Positions 12,025 through 28,681 are shown, numbered from the whole stretch's first letter. The stretch: 63,151 bases of DNA, filler included, from Reclinomonas americana ATCC 50394 (GCA_048213135.1; 6 parts of 2 records of this genome joined end to end with filler, not necessarily neighbours in it), one strand, 5' to 3'. Translations and numbers: made by a program. Notes: a model not told the origin generated them from the sequence alone.

Positions 12025-13630
12025 TCAGTCGACCACCTTGGGGGCGCCAGGGAAGAACACATTGACAGTACGCTGGTACTGACGGAAGTTGTCGCCGCGT
12101 GATGCCAGCGACAGTCGCTCTGTGAGGGGAATGCCCGTGACGTACCACAAGAGGAAGAGCATCACCGTCGGGGCGGCGAACGGCACCAGCGACACCGCAC
12201 CTGCCGCGTGCTCACTTCAGTCACACGCGGGAGGGGACAAGAGGGGGAAGAGAAGGAGCGCAACTTACGCCACCATCCCTGGCGACAGTGACGGCGAATG
12301 CCATCAGTGCGAACCCGCACCACGTGATCCACTCGAAAAACATGTTCGGATGCCGACTGTAGGCCCACAGCCCAATGTTGCACGTCGTGCCTGCACCGAT
12401 GACGACGAGGCCGTTGAGCATGGAGAGAGAGAGAGAGAGAGAGAGGCACAGGCACATGTGACATCGCAACAACACACCTCGGTTGTGCGACAGCCCGATG
12501 TACGCCACCAGTGTCATGTCGGCGGTGGTCTCGCCAATGACGCCGAGAACGGCAGCACCTACACCCGCCACAAACACGAGCCACGAGAGCAGCCCCATGG
12601 CACCGAAGGACGTCACTGACGACGTGTGGACCTGCGCAACGAGGACACATTCATGCCACACTCGATGCCGCAAAAACAACAAATGCTCACGCACCACCAG
12701 TGCCGGCACAATGAGCACGAAAATGTTGAGTGCACCCTGGCAGCGGCGCACCTCGTAAGAGAGCAAGACGACTGTGCCAACACACGCAGCGACGCACCTG
12801 TATGGCGTAGAAGCCTCCCATGACCAGCGCCAGACGCACAGGCGAGTACACGCCCTCGGCAGTGGAGCCCCACTCACGCCGCAAATGCGCATACCTTTCG
12901 TTCACGGGTCAGCATCGTTGCACACACCAGCAGCAGCAGCAGTATCAGCAGCGCCTCACCTCTTCTCCTCCGGCAGCAACACCACTCGTCCGTGCCGCAC
13001 AGCGACCACCGAGCGCGTTACAATGTACAACGCCAGTCGCAGTCCCCACACACTGAGACACACGAGAAACGCAAACTGCGGCGACGACAACGCCGACGAC
13101 ACCGTTGGCGTGTAGTCTGCACACCCAACAGTGGAGGTATGAGACGCAACACGCCATGCACAGTGCCTTTTCTCTCTGCCAACGCACGTGACAATCCATC
13201 AGCAGTCTCACTGGCCGACACGGCGCTGCCTCGCGAGAAGAGGATCGCATTCATGCCGACGAGACCCGACGCCCACGCGACATCCAACAGTCCATGATTG
13301 CGCAGCGCAGTGGCCATCACAAATGCACCACCAAGCAACGCCATCTGATACCACGCCGCAGCCGACATGGCCGCAGGAGCACGCGAGTGTGCCTGCAACA
13401 ATGAGGATGCTGCAATGCAGAGATCGATCAGTGCACACTGCCTGTGCGCGTGTGCGATGACAAAGAGAGTATGTGTAACGAAAGAGCACTCCAGCCAAGG
13501 CGCACACGCACAGCAAGCAGGCGACAATGGTGAGGAGAGAGAGCGGAGTGCGCGCACGTCGCAGCAACGCGTTCTGTCGCTTGTTGTTGCTGTTGTTGGT
13601 GTTGTCTGCGCCCTGTGCTTGGTTGATCAT
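12025..13630 (-). CDS. DUF1295 / steroid 5-alpha-reductase-like membrane protein
   Basis: LLDVAW, RYAHLR, ETTAD, GLWAYSRHPNMFFEWITW, GIPLTE and QYQRTVNVFFP motifs. The start is inferred. Confidence 0.85.
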
Positions 13631-13775
13631 GGCGACGGGTGGGATGCTCTCTGTGGTGACTTTCAGTGATGCTGCCTGCAAGGTGCTGCCCACTCCCGAG
13701 ATCATACAGAGAGAGAAGAGAGAGCGCGCGAAAACGCGGAAAATTAATCCGTACAACACAAAGCACAGAGGAGAG

Positions 13776-16726
13776 ATGGGTTTCGTGTTGGCGTATGTTG
13801 TGCCACTGCTGCTTGCGGTGCTCCTCACACAGCTGGTGATCATGGTGAGTGTGTGTGTGAGAGAGAGAGAGAGTGACACACGTCAGCATGCGCTCATCTC
13901 TGTCGTTGCAGCTTGTGCGCTATCGTCTTCTGGTGTCACGTCTGTCGCCCAAGTTCCCCTCGGCCGGCGACTACAAGCCTGTGTTTGGTCATGCGCTCAA
14001 CTTTGGAGGCGCCTATCACTCGTGGATTCAGTTACGCGCATGTTCTTCTGTCATCTCTCTCTCGCTCGCTCGCTCACTCACTCACTCACTCACTCACTCG
14101 TTGTTGTGTTGCGCAGGAAGCAGCATCAGGAGTTGGGGCCAGTGGTCTTTATTCGCGCGCTGCACATTCCAATGCTCTCCATCGCGGTTCGTTGTTCATC
14201 CTTTCTTCTCTTTGTTGCTCTCACTCTGCAGCTCACCTTCCCTTCCTGCATGCAACAGGATCCCGACATTATCAAGCACATTCTGCAGCACCACAACTCG
14301 TACACGCAGCCGCCCACATGGGGACCGACGGAGGAGCTCTGCAGTCACGGCCTCCTGTTCACCTATGGCAGCGAGTGGCACCGGTCGCGGTGAGTGAAGG
14401 ATGCCACGCTGCGCCGAGGAGCTGCGGCCTTACTCTTCTCTCTCTTTCTCCGACCCCTCGTAGCAAGCTGCTCAATGCCGCGTTCAATGGTGAGCGCGTC
14501 GCACGGTCCGTGCTCACCGTTGTGTGTTTTTTTCGCTCACTTGCTGTGACAGACGACCGCCTGCGCTCGCTGTTCCCTCTTGTGCACGGTCTGGGTGTTC
14601 ATCGCCAACTCCGTCTTCGACCATTCGTCGTCGTTGGTGCTGATTGATTGCCTGCCTGCACACAGACGTGTGCCACGAGTTTNNNNNNNNNNNNNNNNNN
14701 NNNNNNNNNNNNNNNNNNNNNNNNNNNNNNNNNNNNNNNNNNNNNNNNNNNNNNNNNNNNNNNNNNNNNNNNNNNNNNNNNNNNNNNNNNNNNNNNNNNN
14801 NNNNNNNNNNNNNNNNNNNNNNNNNNNNNNNNNNNNNNNNNNNNNNNNNNNNNNNNNNNNNNNNNNNNNNNNNNNNNNNNNNNNNNNNNNNNNNNNNNNN
14901 NNNNNNNNNNNNNNNNNNNNNNNNNNNNNNNNNNNNNNNNNNNNNNNNNNNNNNNNNNNNNNACCTGCATGTGGCGCTTGATGGTGGGCCGACGAAGCCA
15001 CTTGAGCGGCAGCAGCTCGTGGAACTGCTGCTCAGTCTCCAACAAGATGGCGTAAATGGCCACCGACAGCGGGTGTTGCTTGTCGAACGAGCCAAAAGAC
15101 TTGGAGAAGGTTGCCCGCACAATTGCCTCAAACATGAACGCACGCAGCTCTGCACCAGCGCGTTTCGTAGTGAGACGTGTGGCGACGAGGAGTCGACACC
15201 GCAGCGCCACTACACACCCTCGTCCATCTCGAGCGATGCCGACGGACCGCTGGCCTCGATGCGCCTCTCGATNNNNNNNNNNNNNNNNNNNNNNNNNNNN
15301 NNNNNNNNNNNNNNNNNNNNNNNNNNNNNNNNNNNNNNNNNNNNNNNNNNNNNNNNNNNNNNNNNNNNNNNNNNNNNNNNNNNNNNNNNNNNNNNNNNNN
15401 NNNNNNNNNNNNNNNNNNNNNNNNNNNNNNNNNNNNNNNNNNNNNNNNNNNNNNNNNNNNNNNNNNNNNNNNNNNNNNNNNNNNNNNNNNGCGTGCGCGC
15501 ATGCCGAGAACAGAAAAAAACTGGCTGCGCCGCTGACTCGTGACCGTGCTCTTCGGCCTGCAGACCGTGCGCCACATTCGTTGCGTATACGTGCCGACGA
15601 TGCATTTCCCTCCCTCACTGATAAGATCACTGACATGCTGTGCTTCTCGTGTGTGCATAGTGGATGACCTCATTGCAGAGCGCCAGGAAGAAACCCAGCA
15701 GCAGCGCGTCGCGCGTGGTTCGTTGTCGATAGATTGAGTGGATCTGTGTCACTCCTGTGCTCACACCGCGCACGGAGCAGGCTCCACCGACTTCCTGGAC
15801 TTGATTTTCGAGGCCAACCGTGCCGTGTCAGATACGGACTCGCTGAGCATGGAGGAGATTCGCGACCAGTGTGCTCTTTTTGTGGCCGCCGGGCAGGATA
15901 CCACGTCGGCGGCTCTATGCTTTGCGTTGTACAACGCCTCGGCTCACCCCGACATCGCCACGGAGGTGTGTGCGCCGGCGCAGCGAGGTCACCGCCGCTG
16001 ATATTGCCATTTGTGCTGAAAACAAGGAGTTTCTGTTGTCTGGCAGGTGCAACGGGAAATCGACCAGGTGATGGCCAAGTGTGGCGGCCACCTCACATTC
16101 GACGCGCTGGATGAGATGCCGCTGCTGGAGGCGTTCTTGAACGAGAAGTTGCGTCGCAGTGTGCACTCACCGTACGCCACCTATAGATCTTACACTGTAT
16201 CACCTCGCCTGTTTCAGTCTGCGTTTGTTCCCGCCGGCGTTCATCACGGTGCGCTCGCCAGTGGAGGCTGTCGAGCTGCCGATGCCGGGCAATGCGCCGG
16301 GGAAGCTGAAGGTGCCGGCAAAGTTGCAGCTGGTGCTCAATCACATCAGCATCATGCACAGCACAGAAAAGTGGGGCGCCGACGCCGCCGAGTTCCGACC
16401 CAGTCGCTGGCTGCACGCCGAGGAGAACGCCTCGCTGCGCAACCGCTACGTATTCACGCCCTTCAGCGCCGGCCCGCGTGTCTGCATCGGTGCCAGGTAC
16501 GCTCTCTCCGGTTTTGCATTATTCGTGGGTGATGCAGAAGGGGGAGCGTGTGCAAAACCGACCAGTTCTGCTCTGCAGATTGTCGATGATGGAGCAAAAG
16601 ATGCTGATGGCGGAGCTCCTTCACCGCTACACTCCCGTGTGCCACGACAAACTGTCTCCAGTGCCGCGCTTCACCCTGCGCAACGAGGGTGGCATGCACG
16701 TGACCTTTGAGAAGCGCCGCAAATAA
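13776..16726 (+). CDS. Cytochrome P450 (CYP4-clan-like)
   Basis: N-terminal anchor; WHRSR; I-helix AAGQDTT; ExxR (ENLR across intron 16148); FRPSRW; heme motif FSAGPRVCIG. The E-G helix exons lie on inverted contig 14963-15272. Confidence 0.93.
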
Positions 16727-16832
16727 AAATACGGAAACGCCAACGGTCGTGCCACCACTCGCCAAATTTGGAGTAGTTCATTTGTGTTTTTTATATTGAG
16801 CAAAGAGAGCACGCAGCGGGTGCAACGTCAGG

Positions 16833-17013
16833 ATGTCTCGCGGACCAGCGGCAGTGCTCGCTGGTACGTGTGTGTGCCTGTGTGCGTGTGCTTTGTTATC
16901 GGTCATGAATACATGAGGTGATTGGCGCATCTTACACGTTTTGTGTGCGTGACGGCAGGCACCACCACCAATCGATACGACAACGTGTTCGATGATGACG
17001 ACGATGATGATGA
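16833..17013 (+). CDS. Possible 5' fragment of a gene running into a gap (MSRGPAAVLAG|TTTNRYDNVFDDDD...)
   Basis: ATG exon, then a GTACGT...GGCAG intron in phase, then an open frame up to the Ns. Confidence 0.35.
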
Positions 17014-17057
17014 NNNNNNNNNNNNNNNNNNNNNNNNNNNNNNNNNNNNNNNNNNNN

Positions 17058-17069
17058 TTAATTAATTAA
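17058..17069. other. Artificial gap spacer TTAATTAATTAA (stops in all six frames) inside N runs; also at 27333, 31713, 43667 and 53835
   Basis: Identical 12-mer flanked by about 44 N on each side at five positions. Confidence 0.97.
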
Positions 17070-17113
17070 NNNNNNNNNNNNNNNNNNNNNNNNNNNNNNN
17101 NNNNNNNNNNNNN

Positions 17114-18546
17114 CAGGCTCCACGTGGAACCAGCGCGAGGAGAACTTTTACGCGGGTGCCAGCACCACGCAGGCCATCTCGGCCGTCGCGGAGTGGTCGG
17201 GCAAGGATATCTTCTACTTTGGTGGCGACTATCAGTTCCTCCGGTGAGCTGTCAGTCACACATCTTCCGCCGTACTCACTGCTGGCCAGTCGCTGATGCT
17301 GCTGCTGCTGGGGTACAGCAAGGGCGCCCTGTGGCAGTACCTGGCGGCGTTCGACAGCCAGAATGAGGTGTTCTTGGGATCGCACGGAGACATTCTGCCG
17401 AATGGTCCCGTCAAGGCCATGCGCCCGATTGGATCCATGCTGGTCATTGGTGGCTCTGTTGCGTACCATCGTCGTCACACAGCGCTCGAGCTGGATGCTG
17501 ACGAATCGCAAAATGTGCACAGTTCACCCAAGTTGGCGTGGGCGAGCCCGTGCAGTGCGGCGTCGCGTACCAGGTTCCCAACACTGGCGACAAGGCCATT
17601 TGCATGGGAACTCCGTTGACGCGCAACATTGGCGACTCTGGAGTCGTTTCCCTGGCGGGCAGCGGGGATGCCGACATTTACGCCGGTGGTTCGTTCATGG
17701 TGCAGGGCACGGCCGCGCACTTGGCGCACTACGACGGTGACAACTGGGCGGCGGTGCCTGGACCGACTGGCGACGTCACCGCCATGGTCGAGGACGGCTT
17801 TGGTGGACTCTTCTTTGCGTACCAGTCGGCCGCCGGCATTGTGTCGCTGAACTACGGTTTGCCCAACGCCGACGGAACCCTGCGCATCTCTCCCATTGGT
17901 ACGGCCACGGCGGAGGGCATGAGCAAGTCGCAGGTGCTGCAGATGCTCATCCGCAACCGCGGCACCGAGAGCGAGAGCCTGGTGATTGCTGGCCGCTTCG
18001 ACTCGGTCGGCAACACGCCCGCTCACGTTGCGTAATGTTGACCTCTTGTCTCTCTTTCCCTCTCTCCCTTCCCCAGTCCCTCACAATGGGCGACAGAGTG
18101 TGGCTGAGGTGCACACGGCGAGCATCCGCAAGGAGGGCCAGCTCGGCGCCCACTGGGTGCAACTCGGACCTGGCCTGCTCGGCACGGTTCTCTCCATGCA
18201 CTTGTCGCGCAAGACGGGCGATCTGTACTTTGCCGGCAACAACCTGTCGCCTGTGGCGGCGCCCGACCAACCCGTCGCCGTCTTCAAGTGGGTCTACGAC
18301 AACAGCGGCAACGGCGCGTTCACTAGCTTGTCGCCGCCTGGCTGGAACGGCGAGTGTGTCTCGCAGTCGGTGCTGGTGCGCCAGGAGGACGGTCCGTCAC
18401 CACCGAGTGGCGGTGACCCGGTGGCCGCGGCCATGGGTGTCCTCGGATGCACCGTCGGCGTCGTCGGCGTCATTATCCTCACCCTCTGGTTCGGATGGAA
18501 GAAGCTCGGCGCGTCGTCATTCGGCTCCTACGAGAACATCAACTGA
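17114..18546 (+). CDS. Rax2-like beta-propeller single-pass membrane protein (body; contig probably inverted)
   Basis: Repeated hydrophobic-GG[SD][FY] blades (FYFGGDY, LVIGGS|FT, IYAGGSF, LVIAGRF, LYFAGN). C-terminal TM, then a tail ending YENIN. Confidence 0.6.
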
Positions 18547-18670
18547 GACGGTGGGCGNNNNNNNNNNNNNNNNNNNNNNNNNNNNNNNNNNNNNNNNNNN
18601 NNNNNNNNNNNNNNNNNNNNNNNNNNNNNNNNNNNNNNNNNNNNNNNNNNNNNNNNNNNNNNNNNNNNNN

Positions 18671-18849
18671 CCACGTTGGGCTGGAAGCGATAAAACTGCG
18701 ACAGTACACGCTGCGTATCGTCGTCGTAGCAGCCGAGATTCACAAACAGCGTGTCCACTGTGTTGGTGGACTGCGCGTGCACAGACACCGCCGCCACCGC
18801 AAGCAGCACAGCAGCAACGGCGACCACAAGCAATGGTCGCATCATCATT
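18671..18849 (-). CDS. Signal-peptide exon, probably the N-terminus of the 17114-18546 protein
   Basis: MMMRPLLVVAVAAVLLAVAAVSVHAQ...FQPNV ends with one spare G at the gap. This matches the phase of the CAG|GC TCC ACG acceptor at 17114. Confidence 0.6.
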
Positions 18850-19330
18850 TGTGTGTGTGTGTGTGTTGAGTGGTGGTTTCTCTTTCCTCCTTCGCGCTCT
18901 GCAATATGCACACAACAGCAGCAGAAGTTGCAGTCAGTGCGTATGTACATGCAACACAACAGCGCGACACACACACACAGAGACAGCGAGAGAGTGTGCG
19001 TGTGTGCAAAATGGCGGTCATGGTCACTTTTGTCGCGTGCACTTGCAGCATGCACATACACACGGTGACACACATACACAAACACGCGCGCGCGTGTGGA
19101 CACACACACAAGCAGCACATGCGCACAAGCAGAGCGCACAAACACACTTGTGCAAATCGCACATGATGCGAGAAACAACATGCAGAGACAAGCTCACACA
19201 CACACGCACGCACACTCCCTCTCACTCTCACCCAGACGTGCATATGCTCCTCACCTAACACACACGCGAAAGACAACAGTTTCCACACTTTCCGACAGGA
19301 AAATTGCCCTTTGTGGCTCATTGTGTGATC

Positions 19331-20901
19331 ATGTTTGGCGACGCAGAAGTCTCGTCGACCTTGGGATGGATATCCGTGTTTTCATCCGTGGTCTTCTTCG
19401 GCTCCTTTGCAGTGCCATCGAAGATCAAGTCCATGCGAGTTGCGCATCTCTCACTGTCACTCACTTCACTCAATGTGTGTTGCTCACTCGTTGGTGTGTT
19501 TGCAGGAGGCGAATGTCGACCCGTTCATCACGGCCATGTATCAGAACTTGGCGGCGTTCTTGACCAGTTGGTTGGTGCTGACGTATGTCAAGTTTGAGTG
19601 GACCAACTGGGGTGCGTGGTTATGTCTCTCCATGTGAGTGCATGCGTTGACTTCAGATGTCTGTGTCAAGGATTGGCTGGTGCAGCGCTGTGGACGCCTG
19701 CTGGTGTGCTGGCACTGGCGTCGGTGCGGCTCATTGGTCTCAGTGTGGCGCAGGGCTTGTGGTGCGTGCGCATGTGTGTTTCTTGCCACGAATGACTGCC
19801 TCTCATGCCAGCGTGCAGGAGCGGCATTACGAGTTCTGCGTTTGTCTGTGAGCTTCTCTGGTGGTGGTGGTGTTGTTGACGGGTTTCGTTGCGCAGTTGT
19901 GGTGTCGTTCCTGTGGGGCGCGCTGTTTTTCCGCGATCCGATCAAGAACTTGGCGGGAGCGCTGGGCGGCCTGGCGCTGCTGCTCATTGGCATTGCGGGC
20001 ATTGCGCTGTGCAAGCCCGAGACGGAGGAGAGCACGGAGGGTGAGTTGTGTGAGGGAGACGCGCTGGCTTGTTTCGTGCTGTGTTGATGCGTGTTGCAGG
20101 CAAGTCGGTCAATGGCGACAGTGCGCGGTTAGCGGCACGGTGCGTCCTCGCTTCCCTTGATGCATCGATCTGCGGTTCCATGTCACGCTGAACCGTGCAA
20201 CAGTGATCCGGCGGAGAATCAGGGGCTGCTGGGACCAGGTGCCGCGGACGACGATGAGATGCGTACCCCCGCACGCCCACTGCTGGCCGTCAACGACTTG
20301 GAGAAGAAGAAGCCGGTGTCGAAGCGCTTGCTCGGCTTCGTGTTTGTCATTATTCTGGGGTGAGTGGCATACTTGCGTGCGACCCTGCTGTCGATTGTTG
20401 CTCACCACGCGCCGTGTGCAGAGTCATGAATGGCTCCATGATGGTGCCGGCGCGCTACGATACCAACGTTGCGATCCTCACTTACTTGCTTCCCCACTTC
20501 TTCCGTCTCCCTCCTCACACCCTCCACAGAAATCAATATCCTACGTGTGCAGCTTCGCCGTGGGCGTGCTCGCCATGTCGGTGCTGCTGTCACTCGGCTA
20601 CTACGGCCTGTACAAGCGCGGATTGCCAGACAAGAACCATTTGAAAGTCGCTGCGCTGCCTTCGATGCTCACCGGCCTGTTGTGGAACATCGGCAACGTC
20701 TTCAGCATCTACGCCTCCATGTCGCCTCTCGGACTAACCATTGGCTTCCCGCTCACCCAGACCGCGCTGCTGGTCAGCGGCCTGTGGGGCCTGTTCCTGT
20801 TCCGCGAGTTGCGAGGTGCGAGAAAGATCACACAGTTTTTCCTCTCCGGTGCTATCTTGTGCGCCGGTGCCGTGCTGCTCGGACTCTACGGACACGAGTG
20901 A
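19331..20901 (+). CDS. TMEM144: TMEM144-like DMT-superfamily transporter
   Basis: About 10 TM helices; FFGSFAVP, GAALW, IGLSVAQGLW, GLLWNIGN and GFPLTQTALLVSGLWG motifs. Includes a 14-nt micro-exon at 19819-19832. Confidence 0.8.
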
Positions 20902-20981
20902 CGAGCACACTGCACTAATGTATCACTAAACAGTAGTTATCCTTAATTATTACTAGTGGCGGTGGTGGTGATGGTGGTGGA

Positions 20982-23900
20982 CTATCTGTCCCGTCGACTC
21001 TGCCGACGAGTTGCGGAATGGGCCGATTGTGGACGCGATCGCACTGCCGGGCTCACCAGTCCGGAGCTCGAGACGCTGTTGGTGGCGGTGGTGGCCTTGC
21101 TGGCTGGTGACGATGGCGCTTGCCGCCGGCGGGTTGGACTCACCGACGGCGAGATGGTCCAGTGTGGTCGAAATGCACTCAGCGTGCGCAGCAATCCACG
21201 CGACAGCCGATTGCCTGCATTTTCCCCACGCATCGCAAGTGTGTGAGGAAAGCAGAAGAGTGCGCTTCGCGCAGTGTGCACTATCACCCCCTCACCGCGA
21301 TTGATGTCGACGAGATCGGTCTGCCGATTGAAGCGCAGTGCATCTGGCGGGGACGAGAGAAACATCAGTGGTGCTCAAAATCCGACAACAGAAACAGGTA
21401 CTGACCGGTGAGAAACCGCTGGCACTTGTCGCTGAATCCATTGTCACCGACATTGACTGCCCGCAGACTGCACGTCGGACCGCAGTTCACTTCGAGTGCA
21501 GCGCAGAGGCCGCGGATGGCACGGTACACGCAGTTGTTGCCTGCATTGGGTGTGATCAGTGACAAGCGACGGTGTGCGTGGCAGTGGTGGTGGTGACGAC
21601 GAAACGACTAATGTCGAGTGTCTGCAACACGGTGTTGCTGCGCAGACCCACTTGCAATGCATCTTCGGCGTCGTCTGTCAAACCCGTGTCTTTGCAAAAT
21701 GTGAAGGGGTAAGAGTGTGAGCATGGAAAAAAAGATGATCAGTATGCTCGTGGTTTGTGATCGCAACTCGACAAGCCGAGGTGGAGTAAAGTGCTGGATC
21801 GGGGTTTTGATGATGAGAGGTTGCAACAAAATACGAAAAGGAGACGACAATCACAAACACACCTGTTGACACACAGCGCATACAGGAGCTGAAAGGCGTG
21901 CGTGCCCATCTCAGGGTTGTCTGCAANNNNNNNNNNNNNNNNNNNNNNNNNNNNNNNNNNNNNNNNNNNNNNNNNNNNNNNNNNNNNNNNNNNNNNNNNN
22001 NNNNNNNNNNNNNNNNNNNNNNNNNNNNNNNNNNNNNNNNNNNNNNNNNNNNNNNNNNNNNNNNNNNNNNNNNNNNNNNNNNNNNNNNNNNNNNNNNNNN
22101 NNNNNNNNNNNNNNNNNNNNNNNNNNNNNNNNNNNNNNNNNNNNNNNNNNNNNNNNNNNNNNNNNNNNNNNNNNNNNNNNNATTGCAGCGAGCGGTTGCT
22201 ACGAAGCAGTTCGGCCAGCAAGTGACCCGAATGGTGCGCCAGTCGATTATCTGCACCCAGCAAGTGAGCGAGACGAAAAGCACAGTTGCTGCTCCCACCA
22301 AGGGCATTAACGCAACGTGCCAAGTCCAGTTCCCGCAGTGTGGTGTTGTGCTGCAAGCCGTTACACAGTTCGAGGACTCCGCGATCTTGCACAATGTTGC
22401 CACGGAGTGACAATCGTCGCAGCGATCGATTCACACGCAGCGCTGTGCCCAGTCGTGCCACTGATGGGTCCACTAGCGCAGTCCCTGCATGCGTGGAGAG
22501 GCAGTGAGAACGCGGCTACATGAGGGCGCACAGTGCTGCTGAGCAACGCAACAGTCGAGCACGAGAGTGGCAAGGGCACACTGAGCAGTGCCCAGATGCC
22601 GGCACAGCAGAGAAAAGCCAGCCACTCCCGGCGGTGATCGCGACAGATCGAGCAGTTGCAGTGCAGGCACAGCACACACTCCACGCAAGAAGGCCTCCGT
22701 CTCCTTCTCAATGTTGCACTCTGCATTCACCAATCAGACTCTGAAGATTCCGTGCTTCAACGAGGACGAGGAGACGCACGTTGCACACAGAGGCGCACAA
22801 TGCCACCGGCGTTCCCCAACAGCCCTTCACCAAGGGCGCGCACATCGGCAGCCGTCAGTCGCATCTCTGTGCGTTTGCAACATGAGGAATTGCTCACGAT
22901 CAGTCGTAGTGCAGGAGATCCAGCGGGCCGCAACTGATGAGTTCCAACTCGCGCAGCGTCGGAATGGCTCGAATCATGTCGCTCATGACGGGAATGCCGT
23001 ATGGTCCGAGGTCGGTCTCTGCACGGCAGTGTGAATTGATGCATCGACATGAAGAGAATTCGAGTGAACTGCGACGTACCACGCAGACGGATGGCCGCAA
23101 TGTTGTGAAACGCATGTGAGAACTCGATAAACCTCTTGCCCGGGAAGAATGGCGGCGCCGACTCCCACACCTCGTTGTCAATGACAACCGTCGCATGTCT
23201 GCCGCGTAGCGAGTCAGTTGGCGCTGCCACAGGAGATCAGGAGTGGCGATCCACCCACTCGTACCTGACAAGCAATCGGGAGAACCACGTGGACACACGC
23301 CTGTGCCAGCGCCATTCCATGAACAGGTGGTGAGAGATGAAGCTCGTGCAAGGTACTGAGCAACCACAAACCACAAGTATCGAACATCGTCGGCCGACAA
23401 GCAAGACAGCACCAGTGCCCACAGTTCCTTGGTCAGCGTTGGCTGTGTGCGCAAGTCAGCATTCAACAGTCACGCGATCCAACACAACGGCGATACGTAC
23501 CCGTTCTGGCTCCGATGACATCAAGTCCACGCTCTGCAAGAGTCCGAGAATGGAGTGAGGTCAACAGAACTCCACACCATCGCCATTCTTGGGTACCTGC
23601 TCACTGTCGTACTCCGACATGGACGAGGACGATGCCGAATACTGCGAAGAGGAAAAACTGTGAGGCCACAGGCGACTACCAGCGAGCGCAGCAGCGGGAA
23701 AACAGCACTCAACAATGGAAGATACACGGAGACCAGTGTCGGCACTGCGCATTCTGGTTGGACTGTCGCCCATCATCAGGTCGGTCATGAACTGCACGAG
23801 ACTCGTCGTCAATCACCTGTGCTCCATCACACACAGACAACACAACTCATGCATGCTCACCGCTCGCGGCACCTCTGCCCCACCCGCAATGGAGGAACTG

Positions 23901-25232
23901 CGCGAACGCATCGAACCCATGACTCGCAAGCCGAGAATCGAGTTGCTGCGCCCGCGCGACAATGGCGACCCTTCCGGTGACACGGAGCTGCGAGTGCTGT
24001 CGTCGTCTGCCGTGGAGATTTTGGCAGGTGGTGGAGACCGCCGCGGCTCCTCCACACCAGGTACATGGACGCGCCCCATGACCACGAATGCCGACTGGGT
24101 GACGACCTCGGGGTGCTCTCGCAGAAATTGCTCCTGCCGCCGCCGGTTCTCCACCCACTGCTGCAGCGGTCGCTCGCCAGACAGATACCGCTGCAAATAC
24201 TCGGCCTCAATCATCTCGCTCTGCCGCCGCTTCTGTTCCATGCGCTTGTCGCGCTCACGTTGTTCGATTTCCTCCGCGGTCGGCAGTTCCACCTGCATGA
24301 CGCGCACCACACCGAGCATGGTCGACGTCTTGCGCATGCGATCTTCTGCGGACTCGGCCGTCGTGGCCGCAGCCATCGGCGCCTTGCCTGTGATTCGTGA
24401 GGCCAGCAGACCGGCCATGCCACGACCAAAGCGTGCTGCGTGCACGCGATGAGATGTTGAGTGCCATGAAGTACTTGGAAGTCAACATGATCGACTCACC
24501 TGCAGCACCAGCGGTGGGTGCTGCCGCCGCTGCTGGTGCCGGTGCAGGCGCAGGCTCTGCCACCGGCGGTGGCGGTGGTGGCGCAGGTTCCGGAGCAGCA
24601 GGTTCCGGAACCGGCTCTGGCGCAGGCGCGGTAACCACCACCGGCTTCTCCGACTCCGCCATCGTCGCCGCAAAGCTACCCTTCCGCACACGCGTGGACG
24701 ACCGCGGCCGCGTCATCGATCCCGACAACTCCATCATCATCTCCTCCCTCTCGGCCTTCATCAGCTTTGTGCGCTCCTCATCCGACATGTACAACGGCAG
24801 CGGCTGCTCCCGCAACTCACCCTGCCGCGTACGCCGCCCCGAGTAGATCACCGCCGCCGGCGATCGAAACCGCGCAGACGCCGCATCCGGCGGGTTAAAC
24901 AACGGATCATCGCGATCCCACGCAGCCAACACCGACTCATCATCATCGCCGTCATCATCACCGTCATCGTCGACGCCAACGCGACTAACAGCAGCAGCTG
25001 CGATCGAAGCCTTTCGTCGCTGAGCCACTGCACTCTCCTGCGCGTCGACGCTCGGTCGGACGATGACGGGTCGCGGAGCGGACGCTGCGTACTTTTGGAG
25101 GCGGGCCAGCGAGCTCGGAAGCTCCACCAGCGCCGATCCGCCGGTCGCCGCCGTCATTACGCTGCCGGTGCCATCGTCCTCGCTGCTGTCTGAGACGGAG
25201 GACGGCGCACGTGGCGAGAACGCCGAAGCCAT
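20982..25232 (-). CDS. Large protein with disordered N-terminus, F-box-like motif and RNI-like leucine-rich repeats
   Basis: Exons splice in phase from MASAFSPRAP through ...SEYDSEQ|SVDLMSSEPER|PTLTKELWALVLSCL (F-box-like) to LRRs (LRVNRSLRRLSLRGNIVQDRGV, NTTLRELDL, LRAVNVGDNGF). Confidence 0.7.
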
Positions 25233-25295
25233 GCTCGATAATCGGACTTGGGACAGCCTGAGCAGGACGACGGGGACGGATGATTGACACACACG

Positions 25296-28326
<3,031 letters not shown>

Positions 28327-28681
28327 CGACGCCCTAGATTTGTGTGTGTGCGTGTCGCGTGTGGAACGAACCAATCACCAGGAGCCCGTGTGTGCGCTTC
28401 TGTGTGGGACGCTGTTGCACTGTGTGGCGCGTGATTCTAAGTTTGTGTGTGTGTGAGGGTCTGTGAAAATACTTGCTGCTTTTGTGATTCGTGATCTATC
28501 CCTTTGTATGTTTGTTTGCACCTTTTTTTGTGATGCCGAAGAGAAAAAGAAGAAGAGTTGTGTGCGCGTGTGTGCGTGCGTGTGGTAAATGGATTTGGAA
28601 AAAGACTACTAGGCAACATGCGCGTGCATACATTACTCCTGTTGCGGGAAAGCAACGGGGACACGCAGTTGGTGGATTGGA

